A stretch of DNA of 64,000 nucleotides from assembly GCA_000146045.2 (NCBI GenBank), contig BK006947.3, positions 640,001-704,000 on the forward strand, in the 5' to 3' direction. Of this stretch, positions 53,019 to 63,698 are shown one piece after another (position 1 is the stretch's first letter; every line of letters begins with the position of its first letter). Below the pieces are notes generated by a model. The model was not told the DNA's origin and did no database searches. It saw only the letters and a program-made list of their open reading frames with translations. Both the position numbers and the translations under genes were made by a program. Origin of the DNA: TPA_inf: Saccharomyces (Eukaryota).

Positions 53019-54047
53019 CTAGTAGACAATCTTTCTACCGGTGAAGGTTCTTCTTGCCTGTTGTCTGCCTTCTGCACTCAATTCATCATTTTCATCATCT
53101 TCGTCCACCTTGGCTCTATTTAAGACTTTGATGAACGAGTCCACTCTGAATCTCATTCTGGAGTGCATGTAGGCTTTAGAGCACTTTATGTGATAATGGA
53201 AGTAGTTTCTAAACAATGTTAACTGGCAAATTGAATGGAATTGCAACTCTTTTGTCTGGAAATGACGTGGGAAAAGAACAAACGTGATAAATCTTCTACT
53301 TTGCTCTGCAACTTTAGGTGGTTGATATAGTCTCTTCAACTCCAATGGTGGTTCATGTGAGTATAAAACTTGTGGAGCGGATTGGATTTGACGGTTTCTC
53401 TTACGTGCATCCACGAATTCTTGTAAAAAGACCTTGCCAAAAATTTTATCTGTTTCGTCTTGAAAAATAGTCTCGAAGATTATGGTAACTCTGTCATTGG
53501 AAGGTTTGATGAAGATGTTCTCCTCGTCACGATACTTGATTGTGAACAAAGTGTTGTCTCCATTGGCAGCAACCTCACCGCCAGTAATTTCTGCTTCGAC
53601 AGGTGCCGGTTGCTGCTGGCTTAGTTCAATAAACTTCGAAATGGCCAATTCGAAGGGAAAACTCAATATAATGGTCTTCAAAACAGACAGTTGTAAAATC
53701 GATTCTTGAACCAATTCGGCCAACGTAATCTGAAGAGTGTAGTCATAGCCGGGCTCCACTTCACTTGGGATAGTCACCCCACCCAAAGAGGAGTAGTGGT
53801 CGGCCAGAAACTTCAGTAACGTCAAAGAACCGTCCAATTGGCACTCAGAGACACTTACCCAAGCTTTGGTCTTAACACTCAACAACAGAATGGACTTATC
53901 TTCTGCTGTGTTTGAAATGTGGTAGGTGGTATAGTCGAAATCGGAAACAATTCTGTCCATGGTCAACGGCGAACCCTTGCGAAGTGCCTCTATCGCTTCA
54001 TTCAGTGTCTTTTGGATGAGAAGGTTTTGTGGTTGTAAGTGTAGCAT
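53019..54047 (-). CDS. ARC35: Arp2/3 complex subunit Arc35, 342 aa
   Basis: 342 aa; ARPC2 family. Confidence 0.92.
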
Positions 54048-54238
54048 TGCGGATTACCGTTTTGAGGCAAGAAGATTGCTAGTCTTGTATCTACACTAGT
54101 TCCTTTGAACGCTAGTTAGCCCCTATGCTTATAGTATTTCTTGTCAATACAAGCGTCTGAAAATTCAGATCGCTTTATACGAGTAAGTATGCCAAATACA
54201 CCAAATATACCAAAGCATTGATTGCGTATACTGAGAAT

Positions 54239-54240
54239 AC

Positions 54241-54266
<26 letters not shown>
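54239..54266. repeat. (AT)14 microsatellite upstream of MRPS12 / downstream of ARC35
   Basis: Seen directly. Confidence 0.9.
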
Positions 54267-54271
<5 letters not shown>

Positions 54272-54360
54272 GTCATTGCTATTTACAAAAGGTTGTATGG
54301 AGTGGGAATATTAGAGAAAAGTAGTCGAGAGGCCAAAGAAAACTTAGAGCGTACTGCGCA

Positions 54361-54840
<480 letters not shown>

Positions 54841-54965
54841 TCAATTCTGGTGTACCTGTAAGTTCTCCGTCTTTTCCCTGGTTATATGCGTTTTTTCTCC
54901 CCAAATCGTTTTGTCGCTCGGGTAAGACTGAAATGCTTTTAAAAGCACTATTACTGTTTATTATG

Positions 54966-54985
54966 CTATATATATATATATATAC
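54966..54985. repeat. (TA)9-10 microsatellite between MRPS12 and RSM19
   Basis: Seen directly. Confidence 0.9.
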
Positions 54986-55051
54986 AGCCCGAGTCTGGCT
55001 TGATCTTATTTACATGATATATCATCTAGAAATCTATATACACTAGATCCC

Positions 55052-55390
<339 letters not shown>

Positions 55391-55496
55391 TTAAGTCATG
55401 GTTAGATTCTTACTAGGCGCTTCCAATTGCCATTTCTTGCTCAGCCATAACCGTGAATAGTGATCCAAACGCTAATGCCGGGTGATGCTTAAAATT

Positions 55497-55547
55497 TGAA
55501 AAATTATTGCAGATTTGTATTATATAGAAAGCATAACTGGCGATGAG
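55497..55547. promoter_or_regulatory. RRPE-like TGAAAAATTAT (55497-55507) and exact PAC GCGATGAG (55540-55547) 48 bp upstream of DBP6 ATG, canonical RRPE-distal/PAC-proximal order
   Basis: Motif matches; DBP6 is a ribosome-biogenesis gene. Confidence 0.7.
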
Positions 55548-55594
55548 ATGTGCTCGAAACTGGACACCTTTACCATTGGTGACCGGTAGTGACA

Positions 55595-57484
55595 ATGTTT
55601 GCATCGAGATTTGACCCTAGCCAATTGACTGCTCCTGCAGCTAGCGCACCAGAAGGAATCGTCGGAACTACTCCCCCGGCCATTGTGCCTTTAAAGAGGC
55701 AGGCTACTGAATCTGATAATGAAGAATATGGCTCTCACCAAGATTCTGATGAGAGTTCCAACTCTAGTTCAGAGGAAGACGAAGACCGTATGCAAGTAGA
55801 TTATGGGGCTAGTGAAGAGGATTCGAGTGAAGTGGAAGAGGAAGAGAGTAAGCCAAGTACTCACAGCACAGTGCTATCGAGATTCAAGCAAACAGTATCA
55901 TTGCAAGAAAGGCTAGGTGCATCTGATATTGCTGAGAGTAAGGAAGACGAAGGTATTGAAGACGAGGCGGCCTCAACTCACCAACTAAAACAGATTCCTC
56001 AACCTGAATTCGTCAAAAACCCAATGAATTTGAATACAAATTCATTACAGTTCAAATCTACGGGTTGGTTAAATACTGAGAAGATATATTATGATAATTC
56101 CTTGATCAAACCGTTCTCGGATTACGCAAATGAATTAGAAGCAAAACTACTGCAGAATATTTGCAAGAATTTCTCTACAAACACTTTTCCCATCCAATCG
56201 ATCATCCTAGACTCCATATTACCGGTATTGAACTTCACGTTGAACGTATCTAAGAGAAACTTCACCAGAAGAATCGGTGATATTCTTGTAAATGCTGCTA
56301 CCGGTTCAGGTAAAACTTTGGCTTACTCCATTCCTATTGTTCAAACCCTCTTCAAGAGACAAATTAACAGACTGCGTTGTATAATCATCGTCCCCACAAA
56401 ACTATTGATAAACCAAGTTTATACTACGTTGACAAAGCTAACTCAAGGGACGTCGCTTATTGTGAGCATTGCCAAATTAGAAAATTCTTTGAAGGACGAA
56501 CACAAAAAATTATCAAATTTGGAACCAGATATCTTAATCACTACACCTGGTAGATTAGTAGATCATCTAAATATGAAATCGATAAATTTGAAAAACCTAA
56601 AGTTTTTGATTATCGATGAGGCTGATCGTCTTTTGAACCAGTCCTTCCAGGGCTGGTGTCCAAAACTAATGTCCCATTTGAAAACGGATAAATTAGATAC
56701 ACTTCCAGGGAACGTGATCAAAATGATCTTCAGTGCGACATTGACTACCAACACAGAAAAGTTAAACGGCTTGAACCTTTACAAACCAAAGTTGTTCCTG
56801 AAGCAAACCGATAAATTGTACCAGCTACCTAACAAATTGAATGAATTTAACATCAACATTCCCACGGCGAAAAGTGTTTACAAGCCATTGATATTGTTGT
56901 ATTCAATATGCCAATTTATGGCACATTCCCCCATTGCTGCAAAGATTTTGATTTTCGTTAAATCAAATGAATCGTCTATCAGATTAAGCAAGTTACTACA
57001 ACTTATCTGTGAATCTCGCTCACAATCCAGCGTATTGAAAAACCTTCAAAATTTGGCGGTGAGTATTAATTCTGTCAATTCAAACAACTCCAAAGCAGAA
57101 AATAAAAAAATTGTTGCGAACTTCTCGCATCACTCGGAAAGCGCAGGCATTACCATCTTAATTACTACCGATATCATGTCCCGTGGTATTGATATTAACG
57201 ATATCACTCAAGTAATAAACTATGACCCACCAATGTCTTCTCAACAATATGTCCATCGTGTTGGTAGAACAGCAAGAGCTAACGAACTTGGTTCCGCTTA
57301 TAACTTACTAGTAGGTAGAGGTGAAAGAACGTTTTTCGATGACTTAAACAAAGATCTAGATAGAGACGGTAAATCTGTCCAGCCATTAGAACTCGATTTT
57401 ACCCTATTGGAATCTGATTCTGAACTATATACTTCGTCTCTAGAAAGTTTGAAAAACTATCACAATAACACCGCACAAGCTTAA
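55595..57484 (+). CDS. DBP6: DEAD-box RNA helicase Dbp6 (60S biogenesis), 629 aa
   Basis: Track start is GTG; ATG at 55595 gives MFASRFDPSQ..., 629 aa; acidic/Ser N-terminus, AATGSGKT, DEAD, HRVGRTAR motifs; PAC+RRPE upstream. Confidence 0.94.
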   Translation: MFASRFDPSQLTAPAASAPEGIVGTTPPAIVPLKRQATESDNEEYGSHQDSDESSNSSSEEDEDRMQVDYGASEEDSSEVEEEESKPSTHSTVLSRFKQTVSLQERLGASDIAESKEDEGIEDEAASTHQLKQIPQPEFVKNPMNLNTNSLQFKSTGWLNTEKIYYDNSLIKPFSDYANELEAKLLQNICKNFSTNTFPIQSIILDSILPVLNFTLNVSKRNFTRRIGDILVNAATGSGKTLAYSIPIVQTLFKRQINRLRCIIIVPTKLLINQVYTTLTKLTQGTSLIVSIAKLENSLKDEHKKLSNLEPDILITTPGRLVDHLNMKSINLKNLKFLIIDEADRLLNQSFQGWCPKLMSHLKTDKLDTLPGNVIKMIFSATLTTNTEKLNGLNLYKPKLFLKQTDKLYQLPNKLNEFNINIPTAKSVYKPLILLYSICQFMAHSPIAAKILIFVKSNESSIRLSKLLQLICESRSQSSVLKNLQNLAVSINSVNSNNSKAENKKIVANFSHHSESAGITILITTDIMSRGIDINDITQVINYDPPMSSQQYVHRVGRTARANELGSAYNLLVGRGERTFFDDLNKDLDRDGKSVQPLELDFTLLESDSELYTSSLESLKNYHNNTAQA

Positions 57485-57613
57485 TTTCTCACTTTCCACC
57501 TTCGCATCCATTCATTTATAACATTCAAACATTTTTTTTTTTAGTCTCATTCTAATAACTCCTGAGTATAGTAATATTAATATGTATGTATTGATGGGTA
57601 TGTAACTGTAAAA

Positions 57614-59431
57614 TTATATTCGGTCTATGTCTATTGTAGTTTCACACGTTGGAATGCTCGTTTGAATGCACTTGTCAATGGCTAACCTTAACATCAATTC
57701 GTCATCGTCGGAGCCTCCTTTCATTGTTATCTTGATCAGTACCACATAAAGCGTAAAATTCACTTTGCTTATTACTATATCATCGTAATTTAGGATGTAT
57801 CTGGATTTAAACTCACTTAATCTCTCGATTTGGTCCTTGATCATGTTCTTAATGGTTGTTGGATTTTCAGTGAAACCTGCAGAATTCAAAAACCCAGTTT
57901 TCCGTATCTTTGTATTCTTTGTTGCTATAGGTAGTGAGCTCATTGATCTTGGTCGTACAGATGGTTTTTCTTTAGCAGCTTTAGACTCGACTTGTTGAGT
58001 ATGGGCGGTCGTATCAGTGCTGTCATTATTATTGAATAACGCTGAATTGGATAAAGATGTGGTGGAAAATCCCATTAGTAACACTGTCGAGGTCCACCGT
58101 GCTATAGTCAGCCCATGCCATAGAATTAAACTCGAAATAACCAAAGTAGCAAGGTAATCGGATATACTCGATAACAGATCCAATAGTAGGGGATAAATGA
58201 ATAGGTATGCTGTATAAGTGATGGTAATAATCGGGTTCTTCGTCTTTAAATTACTGTATTTGTTAGCATAAAACGTCTTATAAAGTGATAACGTCGATAA
58301 CACTAAATTGATCATTAGTATGCTATACCATAAGGTAATATTCTCGTTTTGTGAATCATTGGCATTGGCAATGTGGGAATGAGGAATTTGCTCATTAATT
58401 TCATCGTGATCATGGTTATTCGTCAAAGAACTACCAGATTCTACAAAGAGGACTATGAATTCTTCAATTATATGGAATAAAAGGTCCAGCCCAACAAAGC
58501 ATAACGAAACGGCAAGCGCAAAACTTAGTAGAACGTCTATTCTATTTAACCCGAATGGAAATGTGATAGTGCCTGTAAACCATACCTGGAACTGAGACAA
58601 ATTTTCCACAAATATGATTACCAGCGAACCGATGATATCGTAAGTAATAAAATGCGATAGTGTAATAAAATTACTCCATGAGTACAGGTGTCCGACTTGG
58701 AAAGTAATCAGACATGCAAAGATTTGTAGAGCGGCAATAGATAACTGAATATAAGCCTTTGGCCATGGCAAATTTGACAGCAAATCATTGAAATCTGGAA
58801 TGGGAAGAGATTTGGCAATGTTCAAAGGAATTTTCACCTCAGGCTCTTGAAAAAAATTCATGGATACAGAGGAATGCTTATAACGATGCCCCTTACGAAA
58901 TGAGGTCCTTGATGCAGCTGAAGAGGGTGGTGTCTGTTGATGCGGTTGCAGCGTTGATGTCGTAAAATTAAAGGGAGAATCCAAGGTCATAGAAGACCTC
59001 TTACTGCTGCCAGCATCGGGGGAAATGCCTCTTACCGGTGATCTTGTTCTGGGAGGAGGCGGCACCAGCTTTGGTGCTGGTATATATTTGAGTGATTGCC
59101 TTCGTCCTTCGTTGCCTTTTCCCTTCATCAAAGCAGCTTCATTGATATTAGCATTACTAGAAGCGTTTTCACCAAAAGTGAACGAAGGATTGTAGATGAT
59201 ACTAGAACTGGAATTGTTACCTTCCTTGGCAGAATAAAATAGGGAACTGGGCCTAGGTGATGCAAAAAATGTCCTGTTTTGGGATGGTATACCGTCTACA
59301 TTCCCGACAGCGTTCATATTGGACAAAGAAAACGATGAAGCATCGGAATCATTCAATTTAGGAGTCTGGAAAGCAACTTCCGGAGACAAATTGTCCTCCT
59401 CTTGTATAGCGTTCATTTGCGGCGTCTCCAT
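57614..59431 (-). CDS. ZRG17: ER zinc transporter (CDF family) Zrg17, 605 aa
   Basis: 605 aa; C-terminal polytopic CDF-like domain; perfect ZRE 75 bp upstream. Confidence 0.92.
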   Translation of the reverse strand: METPQMNAIQEEDNLSPEVAFQTPKLNDSDASSFSLSNMNAVGNVDGIPSQNRTFFASPRPSSLFYSAKEGNNSSSSIIYNPSFTFGENASSNANINEAALMKGKGNEGRRQSLKYIPAPKLVPPPPRTRSPVRGISPDAGSSKRSSMTLDSPFNFTTSTLQPHQQTPPSSAASRTSFRKGHRYKHSSVSMNFFQEPEVKIPLNIAKSLPIPDFNDLLSNLPWPKAYIQLSIAALQIFACLITFQVGHLYSWSNFITLSHFITYDIIGSLVIIFVENLSQFQVWFTGTITFPFGLNRIDVLLSFALAVSLCFVGLDLLFHIIEEFIVLFVESGSSLTNNHDHDEINEQIPHSHIANANDSQNENITLWYSILMINLVLSTLSLYKTFYANKYSNLKTKNPIITITYTAYLFIYPLLLDLLSSISDYLATLVISSLILWHGLTIARWTSTVLLMGFSTTSLSNSALFNNNDSTDTTAHTQQVESKAAKEKPSVRPRSMSSLPIATKNTKIRKTGFLNSAGFTENPTTIKNMIKDQIERLSEFKSRYILNYDDIVISKVNFTLYVVLIKITMKGGSDDDELMLRLAIDKCIQTSIPTCETTIDIDRI

Positions 59432-59504
59432 AGCTCTTTCCCTATTCTATAATCTCGCTCACAAGTCACTAAATATTCACTTTTTCTCTCTTAGTAACAA
59501 AAAT

Positions 59505-59515
59505 ACCTTCAAGGT
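59505..59515. promoter_or_regulatory. Perfect palindromic Zap1 zinc-responsive element ACCTTCAAGGT, 75 bp upstream of ZRG17 ATG
   Basis: 11/11 match to ACCTTNAAGGT consensus. Confidence 0.8.
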
Positions 59516-59689
59516 TCATCATTTTCAGTAATGAATATTCTTGATATTACGCAATAGGACACTTGTGGAAAACTTTTTGAGGTTGCGTTACCCGCGCTGA
59601 AATTCGAGAACAATAAAGATCATCATCTCTCATTTTAGCTACATTATAACATAAGAAGGTGCATTTAGTTATCTTATGTGGACTAGGGT

Positions 59690-60460
59690 ATGACAAACAT
59701 GGCTGCCAAGAATCAGTTCAAAGGAAGCAGCTTCACACTAGCGCAGCTAATCGAAGAAGTCGGACGTAACGGAGGAAAAAAGCCTGTGTTCCAGTATAAG
59801 GTACCACGGTCGATACGATGGGCTTCAACTGCTCTAGCTGTAGTGTTTCTCACATATGGCGCTGCATACACTGATATGTCGTGGAGAACTGCTCGAGAAG
59901 TGTACGGAAACGCTACTGAGGAAGAAAAACACAGCCCGTGGTTCAAGTGCAAAACTTTTGGGCCTGTGGCTTTAGGGGTTTTGCCTGTGATCCTCGCTGC
60001 TGCCACGAAACACGTAACGTCAAGACTAGTCACAGAAATGAAATATCTGCCACCGCTCAAGAATAGTACGGTGCCACGGTGTCAATTGACTCGACGCACT
60101 TACTTGTTAGGAAGACCAGTTTCTATCACGAGGGAGATCAATGAACTGTCTAAAAATAAGGCCACCAAGATCTTCACAGGAGTAGGTTCTCAAGGTATGG
60201 AGGATAAGGCCACCTTTGTTTTCTTCACAGTGGATGAAAAAGCACCCTCATTTTTCAATAAATTTTACATTTTCTCGAGATCTGGTAGCGTTGTGAAGAA
60301 TGACGCCAGGATCTTGGACTGCTTTTTCAACAGTGTGGCAGAAAATAAGCTATTGAACAGGTCAATATTAACTCAGATCCTTTCACATACGTCTGCCAAG
60401 ACCCTATTTCACTCGGGGAATTCTAGATCATCCATCAAGAATATCGTGAAGCCCAAATAG
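59690..60460 (+). CDS. Uncharacterised mitochondrial protein YNR040W, 256 aa
   Basis: 256 aa ORF in expected position between ZRG17 and COQ2. Confidence 0.8.
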   Translation: MTNMAAKNQFKGSSFTLAQLIEEVGRNGGKKPVFQYKVPRSIRWASTALAVVFLTYGAAYTDMSWRTAREVYGNATEEEKHSPWFKCKTFGPVALGVLPVILAAATKHVTSRLVTEMKYLPPLKNSTVPRCQLTRRTYLLGRPVSITREINELSKNKATKIFTGVGSQGMEDKATFVFFTVDEKAPSFFNKFYIFSRSGSVVKNDARILDCFFNSVAENKLLNRSILTQILSHTSAKTLFHSGNSRSSIKNIVKPK

Positions 60461-60540
60461 GTACGGACATCTACGTAAGAATGCATGTAAATAATAATCG
60501 AATAAAAGAACAATTAAACACTTGTATATGCACGCTATAT

Positions 60541-61659
60541 CTACAAGAATCCAAACAGTCTCAAGATGTAGTCGACTGCCAAGGCGTACGTAAAGTAAAG
60601 TCCGGTGTTGATATTTGCATTAAAATACTTCCAGCAGTTTTTAGGATTGTCAAGATCCACTTTCTTTATCATGCTGAAGAGTCTATAAGCGAAGACTCCT
60701 AGTCCACCAATGAACCCAGGCCCCCATAACAACCCACTGTTCAAGCCGGCGACAGCTAACAGTGCGATTTGAGACGCGGACATGGCCTTCATGATAGACT
60801 TTGTGCGTGGACCCCAAGCCAAAGCGGTAGACTTGATTCCAGCCTTGATGTCAAACTTTTTATCCTGGTGTGCGTATATAGTATCGTAAGTCATACACCA
60901 CAAGTAACTGCTCAGGTACAAAGGTATCATTGTAGGCCAGCTCATTACACCCATGGCAGGAAACCCAAGTAACGCTCCCCAATTGAAACATGCACTTAAT
61001 GCAGCTTGAGGATAGTACGTAAACCGCTTAAACAAAGGGTATGTGAACACAATAGGTAACGATGCAAGGCCTAGCCACCAACACTGCGCAGGAAGCAAAG
61101 ATAGAACGCCCATTCCAACAAGAGTTTGAGCCCCCAAGAATACTAACGCCCGACGGGGGCTCACTCTACCAGAGGCGATAGGCCTCTCGACGGACCTGAT
61201 AACTCTTTGATCCAACTTTCTATCCAAAAAATCGTTGATGGTGCAGCCAGCACCTCTCATTACCAATGCACCTACACCGAAAATACCCAACATACCAGCT
61301 GTTGCGCTCAATGTAGCACCTTGCATCATGGCTCCCATAAGTATAGACCAACTGCAGGGCAAATATAACAGCCACGTGCCCACGGGTTTCTCTAGCCTCA
61401 TCAGCTCCGCATACGGTATCCATTTCTTAGGCAGCCGAGACACGAACGGTCCCAGTCCATCCAATCTTTCCTTTCTTGCAACTTCCAACTCTTTCGACGT
61501 AAACACAGGTGCTGATTCTTTCGAGGAAGGGGAGGAGGAGGAGGAGGAAGAAGACGTATATCTCTTTCTGCTGCTTCCAATGATTCCAGCAACGGTAACT
61601 CGGCCGCTGCCCAGAATGGACCTCCCTAGTAAAATACTCTTTCTCTGCCAAATAAACAT
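60541..61659 (-). CDS. COQ2: para-Hydroxybenzoate polyprenyltransferase Coq2, 372 aa
   Basis: 372 aa; UbiA prenyltransferase family with N-terminal Ser-rich mitochondrial presequence region. Confidence 0.94.
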   Translation of the reverse strand: MFIWQRKSILLGRSILGSGRVTVAGIIGSSRKRYTSSSSSSSSPSSKESAPVFTSKELEVARKERLDGLGPFVSRLPKKWIPYAELMRLEKPVGTWLLYLPCSWSILMGAMMQGATLSATAGMLGIFGVGALVMRGAGCTINDFLDRKLDQRVIRSVERPIASGRVSPRRALVFLGAQTLVGMGVLSLLPAQCWWLGLASLPIVFTYPLFKRFTYYPQAALSACFNWGALLGFPAMGVMSWPTMIPLYLSSYLWCMTYDTIYAHQDKKFDIKAGIKSTALAWGPRTKSIMKAMSASQIALLAVAGLNSGLLWGPGFIGGLGVFAYRLFSMIKKVDLDNPKNCWKYFNANINTGLYFTYALAVDYILRLFGFL

Positions 61660-61666
61660 TAGTTGA
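61238..61666 (+). CDS. Dubious ORF YNR042W (142 aa) almost entirely antisense to COQ2 5' region; unlikely protein-coding
   Basis: Antisense ORF; poly-Glu encoded by complement of COQ2 poly-Ser GGA repeat. Confidence 0.25.
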   Translation: MVQPAPLITNAPTPKIPNIPAVALNVAPCIMAPISIDQLQGKYNSHVPTGFSSLISSAYGIHFLGSRDTNGPSPSNLSFLATSNSFDVNTGADSFEEGEEEEEEEDVYLFLLLPMIPATVTRPLPRMDLPSKILFLCQINIS

Positions 61667-61894
61667 CACTGTTATTCTACGACAGTTATTTCTACTGTAA
61701 TCTATAGTATACTCCGCCCTTCTGATAACCTTACTTTTAATTTTGGCCTGATTCTTGTGAAACTTTTCCACGATGCCGAAATCGCCGAAATGGCTCGTTT
61801 AGCCTTTTCTCGAAGATTGATATATAAAGAGCATCCATCGTGCTGGTAATGGTGATGCAAGATTGAAAATTCCCAGACAGTGAGCACCAGCACA

Positions 61895-63085
61895 ATGACC
61901 GTTTACACAGCATCCGTTACCGCACCCGTCAACATCGCAACCCTTAAGTATTGGGGGAAAAGGGACACGAAGTTGAATCTGCCCACCAATTCGTCCATAT
62001 CAGTGACTTTATCGCAAGATGACCTCAGAACGTTGACCTCTGCGGCTACTGCACCTGAGTTTGAACGCGACACTTTGTGGTTAAATGGAGAACCACACAG
62101 CATCGACAATGAAAGAACTCAAAATTGTCTGCGCGACCTACGCCAATTAAGAAAGGAAATGGAATCGAAGGACGCCTCATTGCCCACATTATCTCAATGG
62201 AAACTCCACATTGTCTCCGAAAATAACTTTCCTACAGCAGCTGGTTTAGCTTCCTCCGCTGCTGGCTTTGCTGCATTGGTCTCTGCAATTGCTAAGTTAT
62301 ACCAATTACCACAGTCAACTTCAGAAATATCTAGAATAGCAAGAAAGGGGTCTGGTTCAGCTTGTAGATCGTTGTTTGGCGGATACGTGGCCTGGGAAAT
62401 GGGAAAAGCTGAAGATGGTCATGATTCCATGGCAGTACAAATCGCAGACAGCTCTGACTGGCCTCAGATGAAAGCTTGTGTCCTAGTTGTCAGCGATATT
62501 AAAAAGGATGTGAGTTCCACTCAGGGTATGCAATTGACCGTGGCAACCTCCGAACTATTTAAAGAAAGAATTGAACATGTCGTACCAAAGAGATTTGAAG
62601 TCATGCGTAAAGCCATTGTTGAAAAAGATTTCGCCACCTTTGCAAAGGAAACAATGATGGATTCCAACTCTTTCCATGCCACATGTTTGGACTCTTTCCC
62701 TCCAATATTCTACATGAATGACACTTCCAAGCGTATCATCAGTTGGTGCCACACCATTAATCAGTTTTACGGAGAAACAATCGTTGCATACACGTTTGAT
62801 GCAGGTCCAAATGCTGTGTTGTACTACTTAGCTGAAAATGAGTCGAAACTCTTTGCATTTATCTATAAATTGTTTGGCTCTGTTCCTGGATGGGACAAGA
62901 AATTTACTACTGAGCAGCTTGAGGCTTTCAACCATCAATTTGAATCATCTAACTTTACTGCACGTGAATTGGATCTTGAGTTGCAAAAGGATGTTGCCAG
63001 AGTGATTTTAACTCAAGTCGGTTCAGGCCCACAAGAAACAAACGAATCTTTGATTGACGCAAAGACTGGTCTACCAAAGGAATAA
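61895..63085 (+). CDS. MVD1: Mevalonate diphosphate decarboxylase Mvd1 (Erg19), 396 aa
   Basis: Track start is GTG; ATG at 61895 gives MTVYTASVTAPVNIATLKYWGKRD..., 396 aa; GHMP kinase family. Confidence 0.95.
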   Translation: MTVYTASVTAPVNIATLKYWGKRDTKLNLPTNSSISVTLSQDDLRTLTSAATAPEFERDTLWLNGEPHSIDNERTQNCLRDLRQLRKEMESKDASLPTLSQWKLHIVSENNFPTAAGLASSAAGFAALVSAIAKLYQLPQSTSEISRIARKGSGSACRSLFGGYVAWEMGKAEDGHDSMAVQIADSSDWPQMKACVLVVSDIKKDVSSTQGMQLTVATSELFKERIEHVVPKRFEVMRKAIVEKDFATFAKETMMDSNSFHATCLDSFPPIFYMNDTSKRIISWCHTINQFYGETIVAYTFDAGPNAVLYYLAENESKLFAFIYKLFGSVPGWDKKFTTEQLEAFNHQFESSNFTARELDLELQKDVARVILTQVGSGPQETNESLIDAKTGLPKE

Positions 63086-63345
63086 GATCAATTCGATATG
63101 TAACATTTTTCTTTTCTTTTCTTTTCCTTTTTTTACAATAGCTAATTTACGTTTCCCTACGGTATTGGTCGGAACGACCAAGCTTCAATTTATAAATATC
63201 TTAATTTTAACAGCAGTTACCACTTGAATGAGAAACTTTTTGATGCCTACTCTTTTGCTTTTTCATATCATGACCTCCCTACATGCTTCGGAATTTCCTT
63301 ATTCGTAGCTGTCTAACAGCACCACTTAGCACAAGTACGTCCACC

Positions 63346-63503
63346 CGTTTCATACTTAAAGATCTCAGCAGCCACCCAATCTACATTTAGGGTACCTGTC
63401 ACATATCTTCTCAAATTTTAGGTTAGCTTTCAATTGTAAAGTCTCTTTTTGGATATTGCACGTTTCAAGTCAAAACGCGGCTGTAACATAATTTTCTGAA
63501 ACA
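63346..63503. promoter_or_regulatory. Three pheromone response elements: exact TGAAACA (63497-63503), and two TGAAACG (minus strand, 63346-63352 and 63461-63467); TATATAAG box at ~63577
   Basis: Motif matches 200-350 bp upstream of AGA1 ATG; AGA1 is Ste12/pheromone-induced. Confidence 0.65.
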
Positions 63504-63698
63504 ATATTAAAACATAGTAATGACTTAAAACAAGCGACTATCGCAAATAAGCAGTTCCCAGCAAGCAATTAAAACGTATATAAGCGCAGAATAATGATCT
63601 ATCATCAATAATTATCGTGAACTTTTCCAGTATTTACGTTCATCTTTGAAAAACGGCGAGCATTAACAATAAAAGCTAAAAAAACCAAAAAATTTCAG

